Below, in pieces: positions 29,137 through 37,825 of a stretch of 57,050 nucleotides of DNA. The stretch is from assembly GCA_963990035.1 (NCBI GenBank), contig CAXDMJ010000005.1:1-57050 (forward strand), written 5' to 3'. This DNA comes from an uncultured Candidatus Poseidoniales archaeon. Lineage in GTDB: Archaea > Thermoplasmatota > Poseidoniia > Poseidoniales > Thalassarchaeaceae. Under the pieces are notes generated by a model. The model made no database searches. It was not told the origin of the DNA and saw only the letters and a program-made list of their open reading frames with translations. Each line of letters opens with the position of its first letter. Position 1 is the stretch's first letter. The position numbers and the translations under genes were made by a program.

Positions 29137-30336
29137 ATGGGAGAGAAATTAGATAAATTTTTAGGAGATTATTCTTCTCTATGGCGTTTAGATATGATGC
29201 CAAGTTTACCACGTCTTTCTTGGTGGTGGTGGTGGGTAATTATCTTCATTCCAGATCCAGATAATCCCGGACGTTCTCGGCAATTAATGGTTCTTTGGTC
29301 ATCTAAAGAAACTCCTGCAATACGTGTCAATGATCATTGGTGGAAACCAGGTTCAAGAATGAGAGTTGATGAACATGGAGGCCATGTAGTTCCAGGGATG
29401 GTCTGTTCTTGGTGGTTTGATGGTAAAGATATGCATGAACCATTAGTAATGCGTGAATGTAAGATGGTTTCATTAGATGATAAACATCCTTTATGGCCGG
29501 ATAAAGGCGAGGGTGAAGGTTCAGGTGCAGTCATCCCTTTACTAGATGATGATTTATCTCTTGGATTAACTAAGGGGAATAAGAAATTTTGGCTGAATTT
29601 AGTAAGCGATAAGAGTGCGCAGGAAAAAGGTGCTCCTAAATCAATTAATGCTGAATTAACTCCTTGGTGGGGCCCTCCTAGTAAATTGACATATAAAAAT
29701 AATGTATTCTTTTCTAATATGGGATATGATATTTTGAGACTACAAGGTACTAAAGCATCAATTGTAATCGATGGAGAGAAATTTGAAGGGACCGGTTACT
29801 TCCAGAAAGTTAGTGTACAAGCTCCCTCGTTACCTTGGTTTTGGGGGATGTTGCATTTTGACGATGGCTCATACCTAGATTGGTTTATGCCTCATATCTC
29901 ATTTTCTTGCTTAAACTTAAACGATAAACCATGGAAACTTAGAGATATTTTTAGGAACCCTAAAATTGGAACTGGAATATTTCATGATGCTAAGAGAGAT
30001 CGAACTCAAGAATTCAAGCATTGCCAAGTTGAATTAGCGGAACCCGATGATGATGATGAAGAACTATTTGACAATCAGGGTAATCCATTACCAAAATTTA
30101 GAGTACGTCTTTGGAATGATAATACTCAGATTTCTCTTGAAGTAAGGGCAGTTTCTCGTGCTAAATGGACTTTTGATCAACCAACTCGTGCAGGTATGGT
30201 TAGCCATCTTACTTACAACGAATATCCTCTTCAATTATTGAAAATAGTGATAAAAGATGAACAGGGAATTAGAACCAAGGATGATTATTCATGGATACAT
30301 GGTAATGCAGAGCATTCATGGGGTCTACTTCATTGA
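29137..30336 (+). CDS. Conserved hypothetical, possibly AttH/tocopherol cyclase/CrtC-like beta-barrel
   Basis: Trp-rich; SWWWWWVIIF at N-terminus; mid-protein G...IDGEKFEGTGYFQKV...PWFWGMLHFDDGS recalls lipocalin-like AttH-fold enzymes. Recognition by eye only. Confidence 0.45.
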   Translation: MGEKLDKFLGDYSSLWRLDMMPSLPRLSWWWWWVIIFIPDPDNPGRSRQLMVLWSSKETPAIRVNDHWWKPGSRMRVDEHGGHVVPGMVCSWWFDGKDMHEPLVMRECKMVSLDDKHPLWPDKGEGEGSGAVIPLLDDDLSLGLTKGNKKFWLNLVSDKSAQEKGAPKSINAELTPWWGPPSKLTYKNNVFFSNMGYDILRLQGTKASIVIDGEKFEGTGYFQKVSVQAPSLPWFWGMLHFDDGSYLDWFMPHISFSCLNLNDKPWKLRDIFRNPKIGTGIFHDAKRDRTQEFKHCQVELAEPDDDDEELFDNQGNPLPKFRVRLWNDNTQISLEVRAVSRAKWTFDQPTRAGMVSHLTYNEYPLQLLKIVIKDEQGIRTKDDYSWIHGNAEHSWGLLH

Positions 30337-30345
30337 AAAGGTGAT

Positions 30346-31281
30346 ATGAATATGGATGACTTAATTTTAGGTTTTAGAGCATCAATAGATGATGATGAGA
30401 TCCAAAAAAAATTCCCTTTAATACCTGCTGAAGAGGTCCCAATTTGGATTGGTAAACCTTCATTTTTTTCTTATATTCCTCGTTACTCTCTAGCATTCAT
30501 TGTTTTTCTAATTCATTTTTCTTTTTATCTGATAGTAGTAACGGATTATGCTCCCGAAGAAAAGACATACCTTAATGGCTTCATCCGTCTATTGGATTGG
30601 CTATTTGATTTGGTTGATATATTCGCATTTATTTTTGTTATGCTTGTAGTAGCCAGATTAAATTTTTACCTTAATATCACAACTTCTACAATTAAAAATA
30701 CTATTTTCTTAATTTTTATCGGATTAATACCTGCATTTTGGTGGTTTGCTAATTTAATCGATTGGATTCTTGTAATATTGCGCCAAGAACCATTGAATAT
30801 ACCTGAATGGATTGATTCATGGTTCTTGTTGCTCGGTATTATTAATTGTTTAATTTTACTTATTCCAACAATAATATCTCAATTCTCTTTTTCTTATCTA
30901 ATTACTGATACGAATTTACATTTTAGAGAAAATCATTTCTTTATCTATAAATCTTATAACACAATTGGTCTCCATGAATTAGAAAATATTAAGACGCAAC
31001 AATCTATTTTCGGAAGAGTATTTGGGTTTGGAAATATAATACCAATTCAGAATGATAATTCTGAAATTGTTTCTAATTCTTCCAAAGATTCATCTATTTT
31101 CCATAAATTCTTTCGAACGTTCAAATTCCTTATATCGCATCAACGAATTCTAAAAATTACCCTTTTACCTCCTTCTAAGTGCTTTTTTGGAATAAAGAAG
31201 CCAATGGTTATTTATGAATTACTGAATGAATTGATGGATAATCGAAACGGTAGGCCTGATTTAATCCCAGAAAATAGCTAG
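30346..31281 (+). CDS. Membrane protein with bacterial PH (bPH_2) domain
   Basis: IWIGKPS, four TM, then YLITDTNLH...ENIKTQQSIFGRVFGFGNI. Confidence 0.7.
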   Translation: MNMDDLILGFRASIDDDEIQKKFPLIPAEEVPIWIGKPSFFSYIPRYSLAFIVFLIHFSFYLIVVTDYAPEEKTYLNGFIRLLDWLFDLVDIFAFIFVMLVVARLNFYLNITTSTIKNTIFLIFIGLIPAFWWFANLIDWILVILRQEPLNIPEWIDSWFLLLGIINCLILLIPTIISQFSFSYLITDTNLHFRENHFFIYKSYNTIGLHELENIKTQQSIFGRVFGFGNIIPIQNDNSEIVSNSSKDSSIFHKFFRTFKFLISHQRILKITLLPPSKCFFGIKKPMVIYELLNELMDNRNGRPDLIPENS

Positions 31282-31353
31282 TCTAACCGAAGATTACTAT
31301 TCCGCACCGTTCTTAATGTAAAAGCCATCGAGAGATACATAGAGGGATTACCT

Positions 31354-31902
31354 ATGTCAGAAGAAGATGTCATTACAATTGCAGCACAACACATTACCAA
31401 AGGCGATTTTATGGGCGCTATGGAGATTTTTGAAACTCATGTTACAAACAATCCTAAAGACCCAGCTGGATATCATGGTTGGGCAGAATCAGCAATGTTT
31501 GAGATCCAAGAAAATGGTAATTTCGATGACAAAGGTAATGATCGAATTAATGAAGGGAAAGTTCAATCATATCTCCGTAAAGCTGCTGGATTAGAGCCTG
31601 ATAACGCTGAATATCAGGCGGCTTATGCAAATGCACTAATCGAATTTGATCGTGTTCCAATGGCTGTCCGTGAGTTCCAGAAACTCATTAAATTAGGTGA
31701 GAAATCGGAAGATGTGGATGTATCATTCCATCTTTATGAAGCAGCAAAGCAGTTAATCGATTCAATTGATGTAAAAGTAGGATATGATAGAAGTGAACAG
31801 TTTGCTCAACAATATATCCCAATTGCAATAGAGTTTGCAATTCTCGGCCTAGGCTTCTCATCAGTCGATGAAGCTATGGAATATTTATCAACTGAGGAAT
31901 AA
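31354..31902 (+). CDS. TPR-like helical repeat protein
   Basis: TPR-like patterns (NPKDPAGYHGWA, LEPDNAEYQAAYANAL). Confidence 0.6.
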   Translation: MSEEDVITIAAQHITKGDFMGAMEIFETHVTNNPKDPAGYHGWAESAMFEIQENGNFDDKGNDRINEGKVQSYLRKAAGLEPDNAEYQAAYANALIEFDRVPMAVREFQKLIKLGEKSEDVDVSFHLYEAAKQLIDSIDVKVGYDRSEQFAQQYIPIAIEFAILGLGFSSVDEAMEYLSTEE

Positions 31903-31918
31903 ATCAGGAGGTGTCCTA

Positions 31919-32800
31919 TTGGATCTCGGCCGAATCATGGTCGCTTTCGGATATCATGGAGATCTTTTCCATGGTTCTCAAATTCAACCCAATGTACCTA
32001 CTGTTCAGAAAGCAATTGAACTTGCGCTTAGAAAGATAAGTTGGTGGAGTGATGGTTGTTTAGAAATGTCGAGTAGAACTGATGCTGGTGTGAGCGTCAG
32101 AATGAATCTTGCTTGTATTGATGTACCTCTGAGAGTATGGGAAGAAGTAGATAAAAAAACAATTCTTCGCATATTAAATAATAGATTCTCTGAAGGATTG
32201 TGTGCTTGGGATGTAATTAAAGTTGAATCAAATGTTAGAAGCAGAGCAGCTATATCAAGAACCTATCTTTATCGAACTGAACTAATAGAAGAATGGTCTA
32301 GTGAAATTGATGAACAATTATTTCAAGAGGCATGTGGATTAATAATTGGAACTCATAATTTCACAAATTTTTGTAAACTTGAAGAAGATAAGAATCCAAT
32401 CAGAACAATATCTAATTGTGAACCATGGTATTCTTCCGATGGTAGATTAATTGGATTAATGATAACTTCTGAAGCATTTTTATGGAATCAAGTGAGAAGA
32501 TTGGCTGCAGCAATAACTGGCGTTGCTTCCAGACGTTTCCCACTCGATATTTTCAAATCTGCATTAAACGAACCCGACGTCTTAGTCGATTTAGGTAGAG
32601 CACAATCAAACGGTCTCATACTTTGGTCTATTGAACATAAATTTTCCCAAGGTATGGGATTAAAGTGTAATCCTGATACAACTGGTTTTTCCATTCCTCC
32701 AGATCAGAGGTATCGATTTAAGAGATGGTTATTTATGGCAAAGTTAGAATTAGGTTTATTGATTGAAAGAGATTGGGAAGATTCTCTTAATTCAGTTTAA
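31919..32800 (+). CDS. truA: tRNA pseudouridine(38-40) synthase
   Basis: FGYHGDLFHGSQIQPNVPTVQ, SSRTDAGV, GTHNFTNF, FLWNQVR; GGAGGTG Shine-Dalgarno 5 nt before TTG 31919. Confidence 0.92.
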   Translation: MDLGRIMVAFGYHGDLFHGSQIQPNVPTVQKAIELALRKISWWSDGCLEMSSRTDAGVSVRMNLACIDVPLRVWEEVDKKTILRILNNRFSEGLCAWDVIKVESNVRSRAAISRTYLYRTELIEEWSSEIDEQLFQEACGLIIGTHNFTNFCKLEEDKNPIRTISNCEPWYSSDGRLIGLMITSEAFLWNQVRRLAAAITGVASRRFPLDIFKSALNEPDVLVDLGRAQSNGLILWSIEHKFSQGMGLKCNPDTTGFSIPPDQRYRFKRWLFMAKLELGLLIERDWEDSLNSV

Positions 32801-33236
32801 TCTCTAATTTATCTCCATCTTTACATGGTAATAATTCTCTTAAGAATGATCCTGAAATAACTTCTGCAGTTTCAGTATGACGCGTTAAATCAGGAATTAA
32901 TATTGCGCAATCAATCCATTTTTTATTATCTACAGATATTTTTGCAGGAAAGGCCGTAGCTCCCCCAAATGATTTACCATCTCTTTCAAATCCTTTAATT
33001 CTAAATGATTTAGTATTTTGTTGAGGATCTCCTTCCTCCAATCCTGAAATTATTCTTAAACTCTTATAATTTAGTAAACTAGATTCTCCCATATCTAAGT
33101 TAAGAGTACCTGGCCATGCACTGACTTCCAGAACTCGCTTAAATTGCTCTTGATAATGAGGTTGTGCCATAAATATGTGTGCTCTCCCCAGTCCGCTGGA
33201 TACTTTCCCGGATAGATGCATATTTGTCCGCCTCAT
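32787..33236 (-). CDS. ribK: CTP-dependent riboflavin kinase (archaeal)
   Basis: GKVSSGLG, YQEQF, WPGTLN, IPDLTRH, EVISGSFLRELL..KDGD. Start may be 33221. Confidence 0.9.
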   Translation of the reverse strand: MRRTNMHLSGKVSSGLGRAHIFMAQPHYQEQFKRVLEVSAWPGTLNLDMGESSLLNYKSLRIISGLEEGDPQQNTKSFRIKGFERDGKSFGGATAFPAKISVDNKKWIDCAILIPDLTRHTETAEVISGSFLRELLPCKDGDKLEIKLN

Positions 33237-33269
33237 CTTTTGTTCAAGAGGATTACCGCTAAGAATTTA

Positions 33270-34163
33270 CTATAATGATGCAATATCGTTCCTTTGACAT
33301 ATTCCCCAGCCAAATGATTCTATCATTTTTCTTTCCTTGGAATTAATCTCATTAGCGGGATTTGAATGATTTAAATGTATAAAAGAAATCTCGAAATCAT
33401 TTTTATTTTTCATACCTAGTCGCTGAATGCTTTCCTCTATTGTTGGATGAGGTATCTCTGATAAATTTCTTCCAGGTAACTCTTTCAGATTCCAAAAAGT
33501 ACCATCGATCCAAGCAATATCTACTTTCCAATATGTTAAAAGTTCTCTAATATTATTCATTGAAAATGTGTCTAACGTATCTTTCCATGAATCTTGATCA
33601 GGCATAAATAATAGATTTTTCTTTTTTCCTTTAATCAAAATAGCGGCTGTATCCCCTAATTCACTCCGATGAGGTATTGGGATTAATTCTAATTTAAATC
33701 CGCAACCAATTCTTGGTTGAAATTCCTGATTATATTTCTGAGAAATTAATTTAATATTACCTTCTTTAATCATCAATTGAATATCATTTCTTTCTTCGAG
33801 CACCAATTTATTTTTTTCACTAACATAAATTGGTAAGTCTTCTAAATTCATTACTGGTTTACCAAACTGGCCTATTCCTTCTATATGCCCAAGATGTAAA
33901 TGAGTAACTGTAACTGTATCTGGGGTATAAACAATATTTCCTTTCTCTTCATCACCCCATATTTTCAACTGTTCTGATAAATTTTTTGTTATTTCAATAA
34001 GGTGTTTTGAGCCATCAATTCCTATGATTCCTATAGCTACAGGGTACTTTCTTAAATTTGGATGATTGTGAGCATTCAAACATCTTTTACACGAACATCC
34101 TGCTTGTGGAATCCCAGCATCCTGTGCTGTACCAAGTATTGTGACATTAACTTCTTGTCCCAT
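33270..34163 (-). CDS. Metallo-beta-lactamase fold protein, PqqB-like
   Basis: LGTAQDAGIPQAGCSCKRC, THLHLGH, PHRSE, DGTFW, HPT, HLNHSNP. Likely start MGQEV at 34163. Confidence 0.8.
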   Translation of the reverse strand: MGQEVNVTILGTAQDAGIPQAGCSCKRCLNAHNHPNLRKYPVAIGIIGIDGSKHLIEITKNLSEQLKIWGDEEKGNIVYTPDTVTVTHLHLGHIEGIGQFGKPVMNLEDLPIYVSEKNKLVLEERNDIQLMIKEGNIKLISQKYNQEFQPRIGCGFKLELIPIPHRSELGDTAAILIKGKKKNLLFMPDQDSWKDTLDTFSMNNIRELLTYWKVDIAWIDGTFWNLKELPGRNLSEIPHPTIEESIQRLGMKNKNDFEISFIHLNHSNPANEINSKERKMIESFGWGICQRNDIASL

Positions 34164-34254
34164 AATCAATGTCGTATAGGCATCTATCTTTAACTCGTCT
34201 GATTTCACTAATCAATACTCACTTCATAGAAGAACAGATGTACTGCCGTGCAGT

Positions 34255-35445
34255 GTGGAGGTTATGGTTGCGGATACATCATGGATGTCTCAACGATTTA
34301 GTGAGTTGCAAAATCAAGGCTTAGATTGGAACCCTCCAACTCTTGAAACTGCTAATGATGCCAAATGTATTATTGATGGCAAAGAAACTATAATGCTCTC
34401 AGCAAACAATTATCTCAATCTAACTAATCATAAGAAAGTTATCGATGCAATGATATCTGCTACTGAGAAATATGGTGCAGGGAGTGGTTCTGTGCGTGCA
34501 ATAGCCGGAACTATGGATATTCATCTTGCTGCTGAAAAAAAAGTGGCAGAATTTAAGAAAGTTGAATCTTCTTTAATCTATTCTGCTGGATATACTGTAA
34601 ATGTAGGGCTTATTCCAACACTAGTTCAAGGTGCACAAGATGTGATTATTAGTGATGAATTAAATCATGGTTCTATAATTGACGGAGTAAGATTAACGAA
34701 AGCACGTCGTGCAGTTTATGCTCATAATGATATGGCGCAGTTAGAAGCGGTTTTGAAAGAAAATTCGGATGCAGAGAGAAAATTAATTATTACAGATGGA
34801 GTATTCTCTATGGATGGAGATATAGCGCCATTAGATGAAGTTACTAAGTTGGCAGAAGAATATGATTCAATGGTATACGTGGATGACTGTCATGGTGAAG
34901 GTGTTCTAGGTGACAAAGGTGCAGGTATTGTAGATCATTTTAATTTACAGGGGAAAGTGCATTTTGAAACAGGTTCTTTTTCTAAAGCACTTGGAGTTCA
35001 AGGTGGGATTTTGGCAGGTTCTGAAGAAGTTAGGAATCATGCATTAAATCATTCTCGTTCATGGCTATTATCAGGAAGTCAACCTCCTGGCGTTGCTGCC
35101 GCTCAAAAGGCTGCTATTGAGGTGCTAATGAGTGAACCTGAACATCATTCTAGACTTTGGGATAATACTAATTATTTCCGTAAAGAACTACAATCACTTG
35201 GTTTTGATACAGGCTTATCAGAGACTCCAATAATTCCTATAATGTGTGGTGAATCTCTTATTGCAAAACAATTATCCAATGAACTTAGTAAAGAGAATAT
35301 AATGGCTGGAGCTATTGTATTCCCAATGGTTTCTAAGGATAAAGCTAGAGTTCGAACGCAGATGTCTGCAGGATTGACCAGGAATGATTTAGATCAAGTC
35401 TTAAGGATATTAGAAGAAATAGGCCCTAGGCTTAATTTAATTTAA
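34255..35445 (+). CDS. kbl: Glycine C-acetyltransferase / AONS family PLP enzyme (class II aminotransferase)
   Basis: ANNYLNL, GAGSGSVR, SDELNHGSIIDG, TDGVFSMDGD, DDCHGEG, SFSKALG (PLP Lys). Confidence 0.85.
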   Translation: MEVMVADTSWMSQRFSELQNQGLDWNPPTLETANDAKCIIDGKETIMLSANNYLNLTNHKKVIDAMISATEKYGAGSGSVRAIAGTMDIHLAAEKKVAEFKKVESSLIYSAGYTVNVGLIPTLVQGAQDVIISDELNHGSIIDGVRLTKARRAVYAHNDMAQLEAVLKENSDAERKLIITDGVFSMDGDIAPLDEVTKLAEEYDSMVYVDDCHGEGVLGDKGAGIVDHFNLQGKVHFETGSFSKALGVQGGILAGSEEVRNHALNHSRSWLLSGSQPPGVAAAQKAAIEVLMSEPEHHSRLWDNTNYFRKELQSLGFDTGLSETPIIPIMCGESLIAKQLSNELSKENIMAGAIVFPMVSKDKARVRTQMSAGLTRNDLDQVLRILEEIGPRLNLI

Positions 35446-35454
35446 GGTGATTCA

Positions 35455-35874
35455 ATGGTAAAATCCTCTACACTTGATGATGAATACATTAAATCAATGA
35501 TGATAAGAATTAATTCTGTACCAATTACTTCTACTTTAGAAATGAAGATATTAAGGTTGGACAAAGGTGAATGTGAAGCCATTGTGCCTCGGAAGAGAAA
35601 ATGGGATGGTATATACGAAACATTTCATGGTGGTCTTCTCGGAACAATTGCTGATAGTATAACCTGTTGGTCAATATTAACTGAAATAGGTCCTGAATCT
35701 AATGTTGCTACAACCGATTTTAATATTCGTTTTTTACGTCCATGTAAGACCGATGTAAGATGCTTAGCTAAAGTCATTAAAGTAGGCAGAACTATGAGTC
35801 TTGCAGAAGCACAAATTTTTGATATGGATGATAAGTTAGTTGCAGTATCTCAAGTAAATTATATCCGATTATAG
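35455..35874 (+). CDS. PaaI family hotdog-fold thioesterase
   Basis: FHGGLLGTIADS, TTDFNIRFLRP, KVGRT. Confidence 0.9.
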   Translation: MVKSSTLDDEYIKSMMIRINSVPITSTLEMKILRLDKGECEAIVPRKRKWDGIYETFHGGLLGTIADSITCWSILTEIGPESNVATTDFNIRFLRPCKTDVRCLAKVIKVGRTMSLAEAQIFDMDDKLVAVSQVNYIRL

Positions 35875-35881
35875 ATGGATA

Positions 35882-36532
35882 TTAATATAATTCTTCTATT
35901 ATATTTTCTAAATCTTCATTATTTTTATCTGTTGTCTTATCACTATAATTTTGAGGTTCAATTGTTTTATTCATTCCTTCAAATGGATCCAGATCTCTAT
36001 CTATTCTTTCCAGCATTCTCCACCTTGGAGCATAAGATAGTTGAATATATAATGGCCCAGGTAAAATTATTAATGAATATCCTATAAATTCTAACTCCAT
36101 AGGTGTTGAAAATGTTATTGCAATCATAGTGACTAATAATCCAATAAAAGGAATAGGATATAGGTATCTTCTTCTTTTTTCAAGTCTTACAGGAGGCCTT
36201 TTGAATATTGATGACATCATACTAGAGAAGCCACCAAGAATTGCACATGTGAATAAAATCATTAAACTCTCAATAAACCACTGCTCAAAGATTTCAGAGA
36301 AATCTTCTGAATTGATGTAACCATCATAAATATTTGTTGAGATTAGAATCAAATTAATAATTAATGCATAAATAAATCCGATAAAAACAGGATGTGAATA
36401 AGAGAGCGGAAATCCTAGGAATAGTTGGCTAATAGAGCCCCCCTCTAGCATAATTCGATGCTCTTCATCGAACTCATTCAGGCGTTCACGCCATCTTGAC
36501 ATATCCATTCGCCGATGTACTTCCTCTTTCAT
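35882..36532 (-). CDS. Hypothetical membrane protein (about 4 TM)
   Basis: Clean ORF with hydrophobic segments; no recognised family. Confidence 0.6.
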   Translation of the reverse strand: MKEEVHRRMDMSRWRERLNEFDEEHRIMLEGGSISQLFLGFPLSYSHPVFIGFIYALIINLILISTNIYDGYINSEDFSEIFEQWFIESLMILFTCAILGGFSSMMSSIFKRPPVRLEKRRRYLYPIPFIGLLVTMIAITFSTPMELEFIGYSLIILPGPLYIQLSYAPRWRMLERIDRDLDPFEGMNKTIEPQNYSDKTTDKNNEDLENIIEELY

Positions 36533-36655
36533 GATTATGGGTATGAAATACTCGTAAATACAATTATATGAGTATTATATGATGTTTTAATTTATAATCA
36601 CAATATCGGAGATATTATCAGTTGCTCACATTGGGAAATGATTTTGTGGTATTAG

Positions 36656-37825
36656 ATGAGTAGTGAAGATGTGTTATTTACAATTACTGGTAAGAACCTA
36701 GATTCAGGATTAAGAGGAGTACCAGTAGGAACCTGCCAAACTTCATTTGTAGACCCTTATGAAGGTGTACATTATGTTGGTTATCCAGTTGAAGATTTAG
36801 TAAATATGGAAGAAGAAGATGTAATATTTTTGTTAATGAATAAACGTCTTCCTACGGAGGTTGAAGCTCAAGAGTTCCATGCAGAATTAACACAAAGAGG
36901 AGAAAATATACCTACGGGTGCTCTTCGTGTATTAGAATCATTAACTCCTGGTAGTGGTCACCCTATGGATTGGCTTTCAATTGGAATAATGGCACTTGGA
37001 GCCGCAGAAAACACTGGGGATACAAAAGCCGATGCAATGAATCTAATAGCTCGGATGCCCGAGTTAATGGCAAGGATTTTCCGTCTTAGGGCGGGTGAGA
37101 AGGATAAATTAAAACCTCGAAGACCAGGTTTAGGTTTGGTAGAGAATTTTGTTCATATGATGGGTTATGAAGGTCAACAAGCAAGAGATATTGAGAGGGT
37201 ATTGCGTTTCTTTTTCATACTTCATATGGATCATGGTGGAGGGAATTTGTCAACGTTTTCCGGTAAAGCAGTAGCATCTGGTTGGGCTTCTATTTATCCC
37301 TCAATTTCAAGTGCAATGAATGCTCTTTCAGGACCACTTCATGGCAGAGCAAATCAGGCATGTCTTGAGTTTGTACAAAGAATTGGAACATCTGATCATA
37401 AAGAAATTGAGAATTTCGTCCGTACTGAATTAGAAAATCGTCGTCCAATATTTGGTTTTGGTCATGGTGTTTTAAGAGCCGAAGATCCACGTGCTCGTTT
37501 ACTTATTGAACTAGGTGAAGAAATCTGTCCTGATGATGAGAATTTCAAGATAGTTAGAGCATTGAGAGAAGTTGTACCACCAATACTTAGTGAAATTCCT
37601 AAAATAAGTAATCCTTATCCTAATGTTGATATTGCTAGTGGCAGTCTTCTTCATTCAGTAGGTTTCACAATGCCTGAATACTATACTACCTTTTTTGGTT
37701 GGGCTCGTGTAGCTGGAATTAGTGCTCAAATATTAGATGAAAGGAATGCTAGAGATGGTCGAGGTACACCTATTTATAGACCGAAATATATTCCTAAAAA
37801 TCAACCTCTAAGAAGATTAGAATAA
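36656..37825 (+). CDS. gltA: Citrate synthase (eukaryote/Geobacter-type motifs)
   Basis: DHGGGN, GPLHGRANQ, GFGHGVLR.EDPR, YPNVD, RPKY. Confidence 0.92.
   Translation: MSSEDVLFTITGKNLDSGLRGVPVGTCQTSFVDPYEGVHYVGYPVEDLVNMEEEDVIFLLMNKRLPTEVEAQEFHAELTQRGENIPTGALRVLESLTPGSGHPMDWLSIGIMALGAAENTGDTKADAMNLIARMPELMARIFRLRAGEKDKLKPRRPGLGLVENFVHMMGYEGQQARDIERVLRFFFILHMDHGGGNLSTFSGKAVASGWASIYPSISSAMNALSGPLHGRANQACLEFVQRIGTSDHKEIENFVRTELENRRPIFGFGHGVLRAEDPRARLLIELGEEICPDDENFKIVRALREVVPPILSEIPKISNPYPNVDIASGSLLHSVGFTMPEYYTTFFGWARVAGISAQILDERNARDGRGTPIYRPKYIPKNQPLRRLE

Noticed and set aside
36547-36576. AATACTC-N16-GAGTATT inverted repeat upstream of citrate synthase as an operator
   Set aside because: AT-rich 7-bp arms in an AT-rich spacer are plausible by chance; no regulator nearby and no second copy seen.
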